DNA of 64,000 nt from Basidiobolus meristosporus CBS 931.73 (Eukaryota; Fungi; Basidiobolomycota). Under the pieces are notes generated by a model. It worked only from the letters and a program-made list of their open reading frames with translations. It did no database searches and was not told the origin of the DNA. The DNA is taken from assembly GCA_002104905.1 (NCBI GenBank), contig MCFE01000154.1, positions 1-64,000 on the forward strand, read 5' to 3'. Both the position numbers and the translations under genes were made by a program. Positions within the stretch are counted from its first letter, which is position 1; every line of letters starts with the position of its first letter. Below, piece by piece: positions 49,955-61,399 of the stretch.

Positions 49955-52750
49955 TCAACACTCCCCCTCAGCTAAATAATTTCTTAATCCCAATTTCTCT
50001 CTAAGGATCTCAAACTGTGGCCTAGCTAGTGGTTTTGTCAATATGTCTGCCACCATTTTGTCAGTTGGGCAGTAAACCAGCGCTACTAAGTTATTTTTTA
50101 CAGCTTCCCTCACAAAGTGATGCTGTATATCAATGTGCTTAGTTCTGGCATGATTAGTAGGATTTCTAGCTAATGAAATACAACTTTGATTATCCTTGTA
50201 AATACATATTGGTTCACCTGAATTAAAACCTAAGTCTTTGAGTAATTTTCGTAGCAATATAGCCTCCTTAGTTGCTTGACATGCAGCCATATATTTGGCT
50301 TCAGTTGTAGATAGTGCCACAGTTGGTTGTTTCTTGCAATTCCAAGTAATAGCTGCACCAGCATAAAGAAATACATAGCCTGTGGTAGAGCGTCTGTCAA
50401 TCAGATCTCTACCCCAATCTGAATCACTATAACCATCAAATTTTTGCCTATTAGCTGCTCCAGAGTATTCCAGTACCATATTTATGGTACCTTGTAGATA
50501 TCTGAAAATCCGCTTAACTGCTGCAATTTGATCTGATCCATAATTCTGCATGAATTGACTGACTCTTCCAACTGCTACTGCAATATCTGGACGTGTAGAC
50601 ACCATCAAGTACATTAGGCTACCAACCATTGATTGATAGGGAAAGTTTTGGTCCATATTTGAGCCGTTTTCATCTATAACTGGCTGAGATTTGCTTAATT
50701 TCAGGTTATTGTCCATAGGGGTTGCTGCAGGCTTGCAATTTTCCATTTTGAAGCGTCTAAAAATGTCCCTGATGTACTCAGACTGATTCAGCACAATTTT
50801 CTGCGTAGGTATGTCAAATTTGACCTCAATTCCAAGAAAATAGCTCAATTTTCCAAGATCTTTCATCTCAAACTTGCTGAAGAGATCTGATTTCGTCTGT
50901 TTAAGTGCCTCTTGATCACTTGTAGCTCTAATTAGGTCGTCCACATAAAGAACTAGGATGATCACACCCTTTTTGAGCTGTTTCACATATATACTGTGAT
51001 CTGCAGTGCTACGAGAGAACCCAATTTCCTCTAGATATGTGTCAATCTTGTTATACCATGCTTTGGGTGCCTGCTTAAGCCCATACAATGATTTTCTAAG
51101 TTTGCACACCTTATGGGGGCTTTTTGGATTGGTAAAACCTTCTGGTTGCTCCATATATATAGTTTCTTGCAAATCCCCATTTAGAAAGGCTGTTTTGACG
51201 TCCATTTGGTGTACATCTAGACTGTGTACAGCTGCCAGGGCTAGAACTGTCCTAATAGAGTTAAACTTGGCAACCAGAGCAAATGTTTCCTTAAAGTCTA
51301 GTCCCTGGATCTGGGAATAGCCTTTAGCTACCAATCTAGCCTTGTACTTATCAGCGGCACCAATTGAGGTTATCTTGATCTTGTAGACCCATCTACATCC
51401 TATTGGCTTTCTCCCATTTGGTAAATCTACCAGTTCCCACGTTTTTGCCTTGATCAGTGATTGGTACTCCTCCTGCATGGCTTGTTGCCACTTAGTAGCA
51501 TCTGGACCTTGCATTGCCTGTTCCAGATTCTGAGGTTCGGCACATAAGGCAAGATAAGCTTCTTCATGATCATTGGATGTCAGCCACCAGGATCCAGGGG
51601 CATTTCTTATTCTGGTAGATCTCCTAACTGGGATAATCTGTTCTGATCTGGAACTGGTAGAAGTATCTTCCATCTCTGGCTGGATTTGGTACGTATCTTC
51701 TTCATTTGTGTTGATTGCATCATCAGGCAGCTGGCCAATGATTTCTGTGGCTTTCTGATCTGAATTCTCCTCAAATACAACGTCCCTGCTTGTGATCAGC
51801 TTCTGAATTTTGCCATCATACACTCTATACCCTTTAGTATCTTCACAATACCCAAGAAAGATCCCTTTTCTACTCTTTGGTTCCAACTTTGAGCGTTTTT
51901 TGTCAGGGATGTGATAAAAAACATCACTGCCAAAGATCCTGAGGTGCTGGAGATCTGGTTTTTTGCCTGAATATGCTTCAAAGGGTGTAGAATCACATAG
52001 TGCTGTTGCTGGGCATCTGTTCTTGATGTATACAGCGGTAGCAACAGATTCAGCCCAAAACTTGTAGTCCATTCCCTTATCATGTAGCATAGATCTTCCC
52101 ATCTCTACTATTGCTCTATTTGCACGTTCTGCTACTCCATTTTGCTGTGGAGTATGAGGAACTGTGGTCTGTTGAAGTATACCAGTAGACAAGCAGTATT
52201 TTGCAAACTCCTTTGAGCAGTATTCTCCTCCATTGTCGCTTTGAAGTACCTTCAATTTACACCCAGTTTGTGATTCTGCCATGTTCTTGAAGTGCTTAAA
52301 TGTCTCTAAAGCTTCATCCTTTGTTTTGAGGAAGTACACCCATGTATATCTTGTCTTGTCATCAATAAACGTCATAAAGTATCTCTTGGCTCCAAAGGAC
52401 AGTGTTCTCATGGGGCCACATATGTCTGAGTGTACAATAGCCAATATTTCGGTGGTATTAATGCCTTCTGAGCTCTTGAAACATTGCCTAGCTTGTTTGC
52501 CATATGAACATCCCTTACAAACATTCAATTTGATCGGAATTGAGTATTTTAGGCCCAAAACAAGCTGATTTTTCACCAATTGGCTCATTTTCTGTTCCCC
52601 TATGTGTCCTAGCCTCCTATGCCACGTCTCCCAGTTGGTTTCATCAGTTTCAGCAATGTTGACATACTCAGGTACAATGATCTTGCATTGTAACTTGTAT
52701 ATATTGTGATCTCTGATTCCTAAAGCTAATTTTTGTCCATTTTCACTCAA
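49955..52750 (-). CDS. Copia pol: integrase-RT-RNase H, open for 931 codons
   Basis: WHRRLGH...CKGC, VHSDICGP, SDNGGEY, PQQNGVAER, YKARLVAKG, HQMDVKTAFLNG, LYVDDL, GYSDSDWG, TKHIDIQHHF. Confidence 0.97.
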   Translation of the reverse strand: MSENGQKLALGIRDHNIYKLQCKIIVPEYVNIAETDETNWETWHRRLGHIGEQKMSQLVKNQLVLGLKYSIPIKLNVCKGCSYGKQARQCFKSSEGINTTEILAIVHSDICGPMRTLSFGAKRYFMTFIDDKTRYTWVYFLKTKDEALETFKHFKNMAESQTGCKLKVLQSDNGGEYCSKEFAKYCLSTGILQQTTVPHTPQQNGVAERANRAIVEMGRSMLHDKGMDYKFWAESVATAVYIKNRCPATALCDSTPFEAYSGKKPDLQHLRIFGSDVFYHIPDKKRSKLEPKSRKGIFLGYCEDTKGYRVYDGKIQKLITSRDVVFEENSDQKATEIIGQLPDDAINTNEEDTYQIQPEMEDTSTSSRSEQIIPVRRSTRIRNAPGSWWLTSNDHEEAYLALCAEPQNLEQAMQGPDATKWQQAMQEEYQSLIKAKTWELVDLPNGRKPIGCRWVYKIKITSIGAADKYKARLVAKGYSQIQGLDFKETFALVAKFNSIRTVLALAAVHSLDVHQMDVKTAFLNGDLQETIYMEQPEGFTNPKSPHKVCKLRKSLYGLKQAPKAWYNKIDTYLEEIGFSRSTADHSIYVKQLKKGVIILVLYVDDLIRATSDQEALKQTKSDLFSKFEMKDLGKLSYFLGIEVKFDIPTQKIVLNQSEYIRDIFRRFKMENCKPAATPMDNNLKLSKSQPVIDENGSNMDQNFPYQSMVGSLMYLMVSTRPDIAVAVGRVSQFMQNYGSDQIAAVKRIFRYLQGTINMVLEYSGAANRQKFDGYSDSDWGRDLIDRRSTTGYVFLYAGAAITWNCKKQPTVALSTTEAKYMAACQATKEAILLRKLLKDLGFNSGEPICIYKDNQSCISLARNPTNHARTKHIDIQHHFVREAVKNNLVALVYCPTDKMVADILTKPLARPQFEILREKLGLRNYLAEGEC

Positions 52751-52789
52751 TATTGAGCAGCTCAGCTTAGTAAAAACGAATTTCAGTCC

Positions 52790-53835
52790 CTAAGTAGTTG
52801 CTTTACTGACTGAGAGTAGGTTCTTAGCTATTCCAGGTACATAGAGTACGTCAGTCAGTTTTGCTGTTGTTGCCCCTGAGTTATCACTCATATTTAGTTG
52901 TATAGACCCACTAGCGGTAGCTTCCAATGCAGAGTTATCTCCCAGATAAACCTTTCTTACAGGAATAGTCTTTAAGTTGCTGAACCAATCCTTTATACCA
53001 CAAATATGCTGTGATGCTCCAGAGTCAATATACCATTCATTACTTTGGTTACTTGCACTCTCTTGTACAGTGACAAATAACTGTTCATCAGTAGTTATAT
53101 GGTTTGCCTGCTCTAGTTTCTGTTTTTCATCTGCTTGTTTCATCTTGCATTCTCTTGCCCAGTGTCATGGCTTCTTACAGTAGTTACAGCAGCCAGGTTT
53201 TCTTCGGTTTTGTTGCTTTCCCTTCTTTTCTGTATGCCTTTCTGAACTGAATAAAGCATTATCTTCAATTTTCCCTGCTTGATCATTACGTCTGAGTTCT
53301 TCATGGAGAAGTCTTCCTTTGACATAGTCTAAAGTCAAGTTGTCTTCTCTGCTTTCAAAAGAAAGCAGACAGAGTATCTTTTCTTCATCATCTACACCAG
53401 CATTAATACTGTAAAGTTCTTCTGCAAGTGTCTCCATTCTGGTAATGAGTTGTAGCATGTCATCATCTGGCTTTTTTCTCATGTTGAAGAACTTTCGTTT
53501 CAAATAAAGCTTGCTTGATACTGACTTTGCTCTAAAGATCTTCTCTAAGGATTCCCATGCTGCTTTGGCAGTATTTGAGGCATGGATTTGTCCAATGAAG
53601 GAGTCTTGCACATTGATGCATATTGCATTGAAGGCCTTTCTCTCCTTCTCTTGAAACCTCTCCACATCTTCTGCTGTTCCTTTGGGCTAAACTTCCTTTC
53701 CTGTTACTATGTTCCAAAGCTTTCTTTCCTCAAGGTGGATCTGCATCTTGACCTCCAAAGTCTGTAGTTCTTCCCATCAAACCTCTCCTTTACAGGGAAG
53801 ATGTTGGTATTGCTTTGTTTGCTGGTAGAAGTCAT
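52790..53835 (-). pseudogene. Copia gag-protease with multiple lesions
   Basis: Frameshift near 53755, TAG at 53687-53689, TGA inside the zinc knuckle (CNYCKKP*HWAREC, 53165), TAG at 52790 before pol; WYIDSGASQH protease. Confidence 0.9.
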
Positions 53836-55122
53836 CTTTAGAATAGATTAAGGCAATCAGGGCTCATAACCTGTTGCAATTTAAGAAGTGATTTGGATAT
53901 AAGGAACTTATCAAGAAATAGTGATAATAGTTGAACTGTTGTTTATTCATAAAGAAGCTCAGTATTTATACCTTTGTAGTAGTAATACAGCTGCAACACT
54001 AAGTAGGGAGGGTTTCTCAGTATTCAGGAGCATTCTGTAACAGTGTCAGGGTTAGTACATAATGTTTGGGTAATAGTGCTAATTTGATCCTGACTATAGG
54101 GGAATAATCATAAGATCATATATCTGGAGAAAGTGGCAAAGTTAAGGCAGTAAATGAGTCCTACAGTGACTAAGACTAGCCTAGAATTGTTAAGTAAATT
54201 TTTAGCTGCTGAATGATACCAAATAGTCCAATATTTCAACAGCCTCTTCCCTCTTTTTTTGACTCTAAACGCATTAATACCCTCTATATCTTTGAACCTT
54301 GATTGGTAATTCCCTCTGTTTCACATTAGTCACCTGTTGACTCAACTAGCAGTCCTTTTTTTCATGCATCTGAGCTGGTATTCTCTATTAAATTGGGAAC
54401 TGCAACTTAACTGCAGATTATAATGACCTACAGAAGTGTAAATACCCAACACCAACACTAAGACCAGCCTCAAACACAATGAGTAACTTCACAACAAAGC
54501 TTTTTACTTTTCATTCACGCAAATTGGTTTACTTCCTTTCAATATTCAGTTGTAATGCAATTTCAAATTGTATTGACCTATACAAGCTTCTTATACTCAA
54601 TACTGATATTAGCCCAGCCTGGCAGACATCACACAATTACATCAAACACATCATTCAATCAGCATTCATGCCAAAACACTTTTTTTCCTTGACATTGACA
54701 GGAATTTCACTGCCTCATGCCATTGTTTAATGACTAGTTCTCATTAGTTATGGTCCTCAGCTGGCACTGCAAGGTCTAGCACCTAATCTACTACTCTTTA
54801 CAATAAATCCTTGCATTATTCAAGTGCATGCTCTTGGCCACTGCTCTTTCAGATGTGCTGCAACCTTTACTCTCCATGTTATAGCACCAAAACTCCAATG
54901 AAGGCATTGCATTAGACATTGAAGCTCTTGATGTTGTTGCTTTGCTGGGCAGGAAGATCTGTGGGAAGATCTTGACACTGGGATTTGTTTGCAGTATTTT
55001 CACCAAAATATCAGGTATCTGGATTATGTATTTCTCATAATTTTACAATCAGCCCCAGCTTTGCACACACACCGTTCAGAACTTCCTAATCATAAGCTAT
55101 ACATTTGCTATAAGAAATAATT

Positions 55123-55790
55123 GTGATGATCTGCTCAGATGGCCATCACAAAGTCAAAATCCAATGGGCAAGAGGTATTGATCCCATCTGTTTTGTCAGA
55201 AAAGATGGCACCTTTGAGTGGAACATAGCCTGTGAGACTGACTCTCAGAAGGTAATAGATGTTCTTGCTAAGCTGCCAAGCATAAGAAGCTTTAGAAAAG
55301 AGTATACTCTGTGCAGAGATGCTGCTGATTATGCAATGAAGTAGTGCTAAGCCATGAAACTGAGGGAAAAGAATACCAGGTTGCTTTCAAATCCAAGAAA
55401 CAAGACACAGCAGAACAATGCTATCCAGCACATGCTTGGTGCATGAATCAGATTGGCTTAGCTTATTACTAAAATACATGGAAGAGCAAGGCATTGCAAA
55501 TGAAATGTTGCTTGCCTGGACTTTTTGTATAAGCTACATAACAAATACAGATATCTTCTAATTGAAGGAAGTTATGGCCCTGTGAAAACCAGAGCATGGC
55601 AGCTAAGAATGAGACAAGATATTAAGAAGCTTGTGAAAACATGCCTAAGCTACCAAATCAATCTAGGCTAAAACCCAGAATTGCCAGGCTCTATCCTTAA
55701 GAACCTCCAAGGCCATTTGAGAGATGGGGAATCAGCTCTATTGGACAACTGCCCACCACCAAGATAGTCATCAATTGGATCCCAGGGACA
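55123..55790 (+). mobile_element. Decayed gypsy RNase H-integrase fragment related to the 43-48 kb element
   Basis: FTLC.DA.DYA...VLSHETEGKEYQVAF.SKK and RAWQLRMRQDIKKLVKTC. Preceded by a family-A LTR scrap (~54995-55120). Confidence 0.65.
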
Positions 55791-57108
55791 GTTGCAAGTA
55801 TCTTGTAAGCTCATACAAAAGCAGTAATGAGTCAGTTAGGTGCAGTGGCTAACAGGATTGATGCAATTGCCTAGAGAAATTGGGGAATAGTCCAGAAAAA
55901 GGATAAGTGGATAATACTTGTAGAGTAGTCAGTTTTCCAGGTCACAGCACCCAAAGATAAAGCACACAGAGAAGTCCATCTTAGCATGGGATTCAGAGAC
56001 TCTGGTGTTTATATCTAAGCTTTAATTTTATAAAAGACTGAATATCTGTGAAGCTGTTGAGTGTAATATAATGAGTGGGCTGATATTCAAGAGGCCATAA
56101 GTAGTCTGGCGTGGTATCACCTCAAGGCCAGCATACAATGGGGCCATCAGAAACTCAGGGCCAAGCAGAATGCACTTGCCCTGGTCCATAAGCACTATTT
56201 TGGACTCAAGCAAGTAAACCAAAATAGGGCCTGAATTGGAATGCTAGGAAAGTATCTCAAGAGTAGCAGAGATAATTAGGGGCAGAAGCCAATGGGGGAC
56301 ACATCTAAGAACCAACTGTTTCCTCAAGAACTTGCCATATGCGGGGCAGTAGGCTACAATATGAGGTACAGAAGCATCAGGTAGCCAGAAAATTCTGCCT
56401 CAGGTAGCTATATTGTTGTCCCAAATTTTCATAAAGATGGTGGATCCAATCTGGATCTGCTATCAGAGCTACATAATGAGGCTATCTTATTGCTGGCAGC
56501 CTGAAATTACCAGCTCTTTGCACAATCTAACTGATTTTACTGCCAAGGTTAGGACTTTACAGTGTTTGAATAGTCCTTTGACATGACCTGCAAGCCATTC
56601 TGATGTTCTTTATGCATCCAACATTTATTGGAGCAGACCTAACCAGTCAATAGATCCAATTGCTTGTTCACAGGTTACCATACATCCTGATCTTTGGCTG
56701 GCAGTCAAGGTGAAGCCCCCAGTTTACCTGCCTTTACAAAAAAAACCTTGTAATACTCAAGTGCATTTGCTTCAACATTACTTGCCAAGGAGTACCACAA
56801 TCTCTTGGTTTATTCATTAATGCTCCAAACAATTCTTAGGACTTTCTGAGAATCTTTTAATATTATGGTGTTGTTATTTTTCTCACAAACTGGATTTCTG
56901 CTACATCTGTAATGGAGTATAGATAGGCTGTTGTATAGGAATCTTAAGAAAAAATACAAAAAGGCCGGCAGAGTGCCTTCCTAATATCAGCCAAACCCTA
57001 AATTTCCCAGTACTGACAACTGTCAATATTTCAGGTTCTAGCGGTATCCTATTCTGCTTATTTGTTAGCAATTCAGAGCCAACAAGCTCCATGACTGCAC
57101 TAATCAAC

Positions 57109-57785
57109 TAGGAGGCAAGATACTGACTACAAATACACAAGCAGCCAAGATGATAGTAAACTAGGAAGTAGTTTAGGTGTGCAAAGTGAATTTCTACCAG
57201 ATGCTGCAGTGATAATCCCTTTGAGCAAAAACCTAGCAGAAGATGATGCAATTGCTTTGAAATACTATTGTCAAACAACTCTTTTTTTTGAGATACAAAT
57301 CAAGCCGTCACAAATTAGTGAATACTAAATTTCCAATATCAGAAAAATCAAGATTGTCTTAATTTTGAGACAGAACCGGTGAAAAAACACCTTGCATATA
57401 TATATACAATATCCTTAACACCAGTGTGGCTATTTGTTCTGTCTTGCATCTATTGAGTTGGTTGCATGCTAGCAATGACACCTAGCGTAATCACTTAAAT
57501 CAAGGATTTACTTTTTCTAGGTGCAGAATGGGATTATTGATGGTAAATCAGATAGCTTGTGTATTGACCAATGAGCCAATTGGGGGCTAACAGCTTTGAG
57601 ATATTTGTAGATCAATCAACTACTGACATACCATCCAGGTGGAATGATGGTAGCCAAAATGGTAAGGATAGGTGTAGTTTATAGTGCAATAAGCATTTAT
57701 TTCCATTTACATCCAAGAAAATATCCAAATACCAAATTTTACGTACCATAATAGTGGTATCCAATTGTGCACAAGATGTTATTAT
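57109..57785 (+). mobile_element. Second, partial copy of the 3' part of the Harbinger element
   Basis: Colinear with ~39527-40215 (ctaggaggcaa.atactgactacaaata...). Confidence 0.75.
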
Positions 57786-57789
57786 TACA

Positions 57790-60700
57790 GCATACTTGCT
57801 AATATGAGTGGTGGTGATGTTTCAACAGCCACTTGCTGGTCTTTGACCAAAGTTACTGCATTTGCTACTTTTGCATCTGCCTGAGCATTAAAGTCAGCTT
57901 GCAGCTCTGTGGAGATTCTCATTTGCATACTTGACTTGGAGCTTGAGGAGCTCTCAGTATTACCTTTAGTGGACACACTGACAACATAGTCTTTTTGGAA
58001 TTAGCCCTGCTTGTTGCACTGGATGATAAAACATGCTGCTGTCCAACCATACATCTGTTACTGTCAATGCATGGGCTTGGTTGGGAGCCAGTTGACTTTG
58101 CATTATTTCTTGGCAGCATATATATGCAAGTGAGTCAAACCAATGGGGGAATAGTGTTAAATATGCATGTGTATGTGGTGCCATAGCTTCATTGACAATG
58201 CTTGCTAGGGCCAGTCATCATTATATCTTATGCTCATGTAGGTGCAATGTCTCAAGTACAAGAGTATCTGAAACTCACATGAGTAATGACAAAAAAGGAT
58301 GTAGAGGTGTTACATTGATGAAGGTCAAACTGTTTGCCCCATGTACAAGACTACTTTGACTCAATGCTGTAAGAGAAGAGAAAAAAGACCATGTTGCTGT
58401 TGTGGCTATAAAGGACTGTCTGAAACTCCCATAAGTATTGAAAAGAAGTGATATAATAGTGTTGCATTGTTGAGGGTCAAACTATCTGCCTTGTGGAGAA
58501 GACTACTTTGATCAAATGACATAAGAGAAGAGAGAAGAGAGCATGTGGCTACTATAACAAGCCTCCCAGTCATGAAGCATCCAGACAGCATGGAAGTATA
58601 ACAAGGAATACAGTGAGTGTTTTGTTACACATGTCATAATTAGCCATTGATGAGCCAACACTATACCAACAATATCTTGCCAGCCACTTGATACCTCTGT
58701 AACAGCACATTAGCTGTACCCATCACCTTGTGCAAATGGAGTCAGGCCTTCATGTAAGTGAATGCCACCATTGCAAGGTGTTCAGCTTGTCAGGAGTCTA
58801 CCACTATTGGAGAAAAACATTGCTCACACTATGGTTATATTACAGTAAAATGCTGTCTAATGAAGCTCCAACAGTCCAAGAAATATTGTGAAGCTATAGA
58901 ATATACTACTCACTATCAATCAAGCGCTAACATTTCCAATATATTGGATGGCAAATATTACAAACAACCAAGAAGCAAGGGCTAGGTGGTATTGTAGGAA
59001 TACCTATCCAGAAGTGGATCACCAATGCCAAATTAGCACATTCACAGCTGTTGTGTAAGGAGTTTGTGACAGAATTTGAGTGGCTATACGTCAACCATGA
59101 AGCTGAATATGTAAATCTCTGTTGCTTCTGTATTCATTCTTTACTCCATATTGCTCTGTATGGATAAGTTGCAGGTACTACCATATCCCAATCTCATCAA
59201 TAATATTACTCTCAAGTTCATCATGGTTGTGATGAGCTGGCACAAGGAGGACAGCCAGGATGAATTAAAAAACATTGAAGACGGATGTGCACATAGAGAC
59301 ACTAATGCCTTTGGCATGTAGCGGCCAATCAGCCCCAATGCATGGGTAAGCATTTAAGTAATACAAAGTTAAGTTGGGTACTACAAGCTACTAATTTCTA
59401 TTAGGTCACTCCACCAAAGTATATTTAGATTCTCCTGGTACCAAGCCAGCTTCTACACCTTTAAACATGGAAATCACACAAACAAGAGCCAAAGCGCACC
59501 TCTAAGGGGGATAAGAATTAAGCAGGGAGAAGGAATATATTGGTAACATACCAAGAAGCACTTTGCAGATACTGAGAAGGTATTTATAGCCAAAGTGGTA
59601 GCAACCATACATATGTTTGCAAGATGTATATGTTACCAGCAATACAAGGTGTGTGACAACTTTGCAAGTATTGTACTAAAAAGCCATAATGTAAGGGTTA
59701 TAGAAGTGTGTCAATTGCAATGGGCATACACATGTGTAAAGGTTAGCAAGTGGGAGGCTCTAGTGTTTTGATTCAAGCTAGATGTGAAATACCCAAGGTA
59801 GTAGTGGGTTAGCTACAAAGATGGGTGATTCTTGGGTGTTAACTGGCTCTCAGCCCATGCTATAATGGGCTCCTGAGGTAGCTGCTTGTGTTTATCACTT
59901 CTAGGTCCATCATTGCTATTTTGGCGGAGAGCTTCTTAAGTGGAACTATGCTTTTTCCTTGGTAATTGCTGTGATGTGAAGAATTACATTTTCCCCTTAA
60001 TGAATTCTGCTCTGATGCATCTGTATTGGCCTGCTTGTCTCTTGCTGGCACTCTCCTGGCAACCTGATGTTTCTTTTCCGCTTGTCTTGAGCTCTCTACT
60101 GTAGTTGTGATAGGCTCTTGTAAAAGCTGCTGGTTTTCAGCACTGCCAGGGACTTTACAGCTTGTTTGATTGAGTGCTTCTTGAGTGGTACTACACTTGT
60201 TTCTTGAACAGTGTTGTGCTGGTGCATCTGTGTCTGCCTGCTTTCCCTTATTTGCAGTCTTCCAGCTACCTGATGCCTCTTTGATGCTTGTTTAGATCTT
60301 CTTGCCCTGCTTGTGATGGGCTCTTAAGGAAGTTGCTGTTTTTGGCCATTGAACCCTTGCTCTTCTGCCTTTGATAGCTTCTGCTATTCTTGAGATACTA
60401 GACTTGTTCTGTTGGATAGTGCCACATTGAGCCTTGAGTGCCAAATGAAGCCATAGTGTGCCAGAGAGGCCAAGTGAACCTCTACTTGGCCACAGAGTGT
60501 GAGACATATTTCTGCATCTTCATGCAAAGCAGCCCCTGTGTTTCACCTATTATGCGGGAAAAAATCCATCTTTTGACCTTTTCTCATGGATCTATGTCAT
60601 GCAGGATGTGTAAGAGCACAAAAGGATTAAAGATATGCATCTAGTACTTGATGCCCATGGCACACTGAATCCAGCTCCTGTGGCTTGTAACATGTTACAA

Positions 60701-61380
60701 AAATGCATGACACTCTTTTGGTCCACTGGTACTATCGGGCTCTATATTTAATTTTTAGCCCAAAAGTAAGACTTAAACAAAGCACTTACAGTGCTAGAGA
60801 GTACCAGTGGACCAAGATAGTGCCATGCATTTTTGTAACATGTTACAAGCCACAGGAGCTGGATTCAGTGTGCCATGGGCATTGAGTACTAGATGCATAT
60901 CATCAATCCTTTTGTGCTCTCACACATCCTGCACAACATTGATCCAAGAGAAAAGGTCAAAAGATGGATATTCTGCTGCATAATAGGTGAAACATAGGGG
61001 CTGCTTTGCATGAAGATGCAGAACTATGTTTCCCATTCTGTGACCAAGTAAAGGTTCACTTGGCCTGCCTGGCACACTATGGCTTCATTTGGTACTCATG
61101 GCCCAATGTGGCACTATCCAACAGAACAAGTTTACTTTCTTTGCATACCCATGCTGGCCCAAAATCCATTTGCTTGTTTAAATCCAGGATAATACTCATG
61201 GAACATGTCAAGCACATTCTGCTTGGCCTTGAGTTCCTGATAGTCTCATGGTATGCTGGACTTAAGGTGTTAACATGCTAGACCTCTAATGGCTTCTTGA
61301 ATATTAGTCCACTCTGCATTATTGCACTCAATGGCCTCACAGATCTTCAATGACTTTAAATATATAGGCTTTGGTATCAA
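57790..61380. mobile_element. Family-C fragments: Tnp2 remnants (+, ~58.3-59.7 kb) and ORF2 (-, ~59.85-61.38 kb) carrying fold-back copy 3
   Basis: NATIARCSACQESTTIGEKHCS...ILDGKYY and reverse-complement match to 32.6-33.3 kb. Confidence 0.65.
60400..61133. mobile_element. Fold-back element copy 3 (734 bp)
   Basis: Arms ~60400-60740 and ~60791-61133, perfect 3-bp TSD ACT. The paralogous empty site at ~32805 carries a single ACT. Confidence 0.92.
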
Positions 61381-61399
61381 CACCAGATTGTCTCCCTCC

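Larger units (their letters stand above)
49591..54241 (-). mobile_element. Young full-length Ty1/copia element; 370-bp LTRs 49591-49960 and 53872-54241, 5-bp TSD GCCTC
   Basis: LTRs differ at 4 of 370 positions. PBS GGTTATGAGCCCT (copia/Ty5 half-tRNAiMet type); PPT TGAGGGGGAG; order gag-PR-IN-RT-RH. Confidence 0.98.

Noticed and set aside
52790-52792. Programmed stop-codon readthrough between protease and integrase of the young copia
   Set aside because: The position is atypical for readthrough and other clear lesions exist upstream; a point mutation is more parsimonious.
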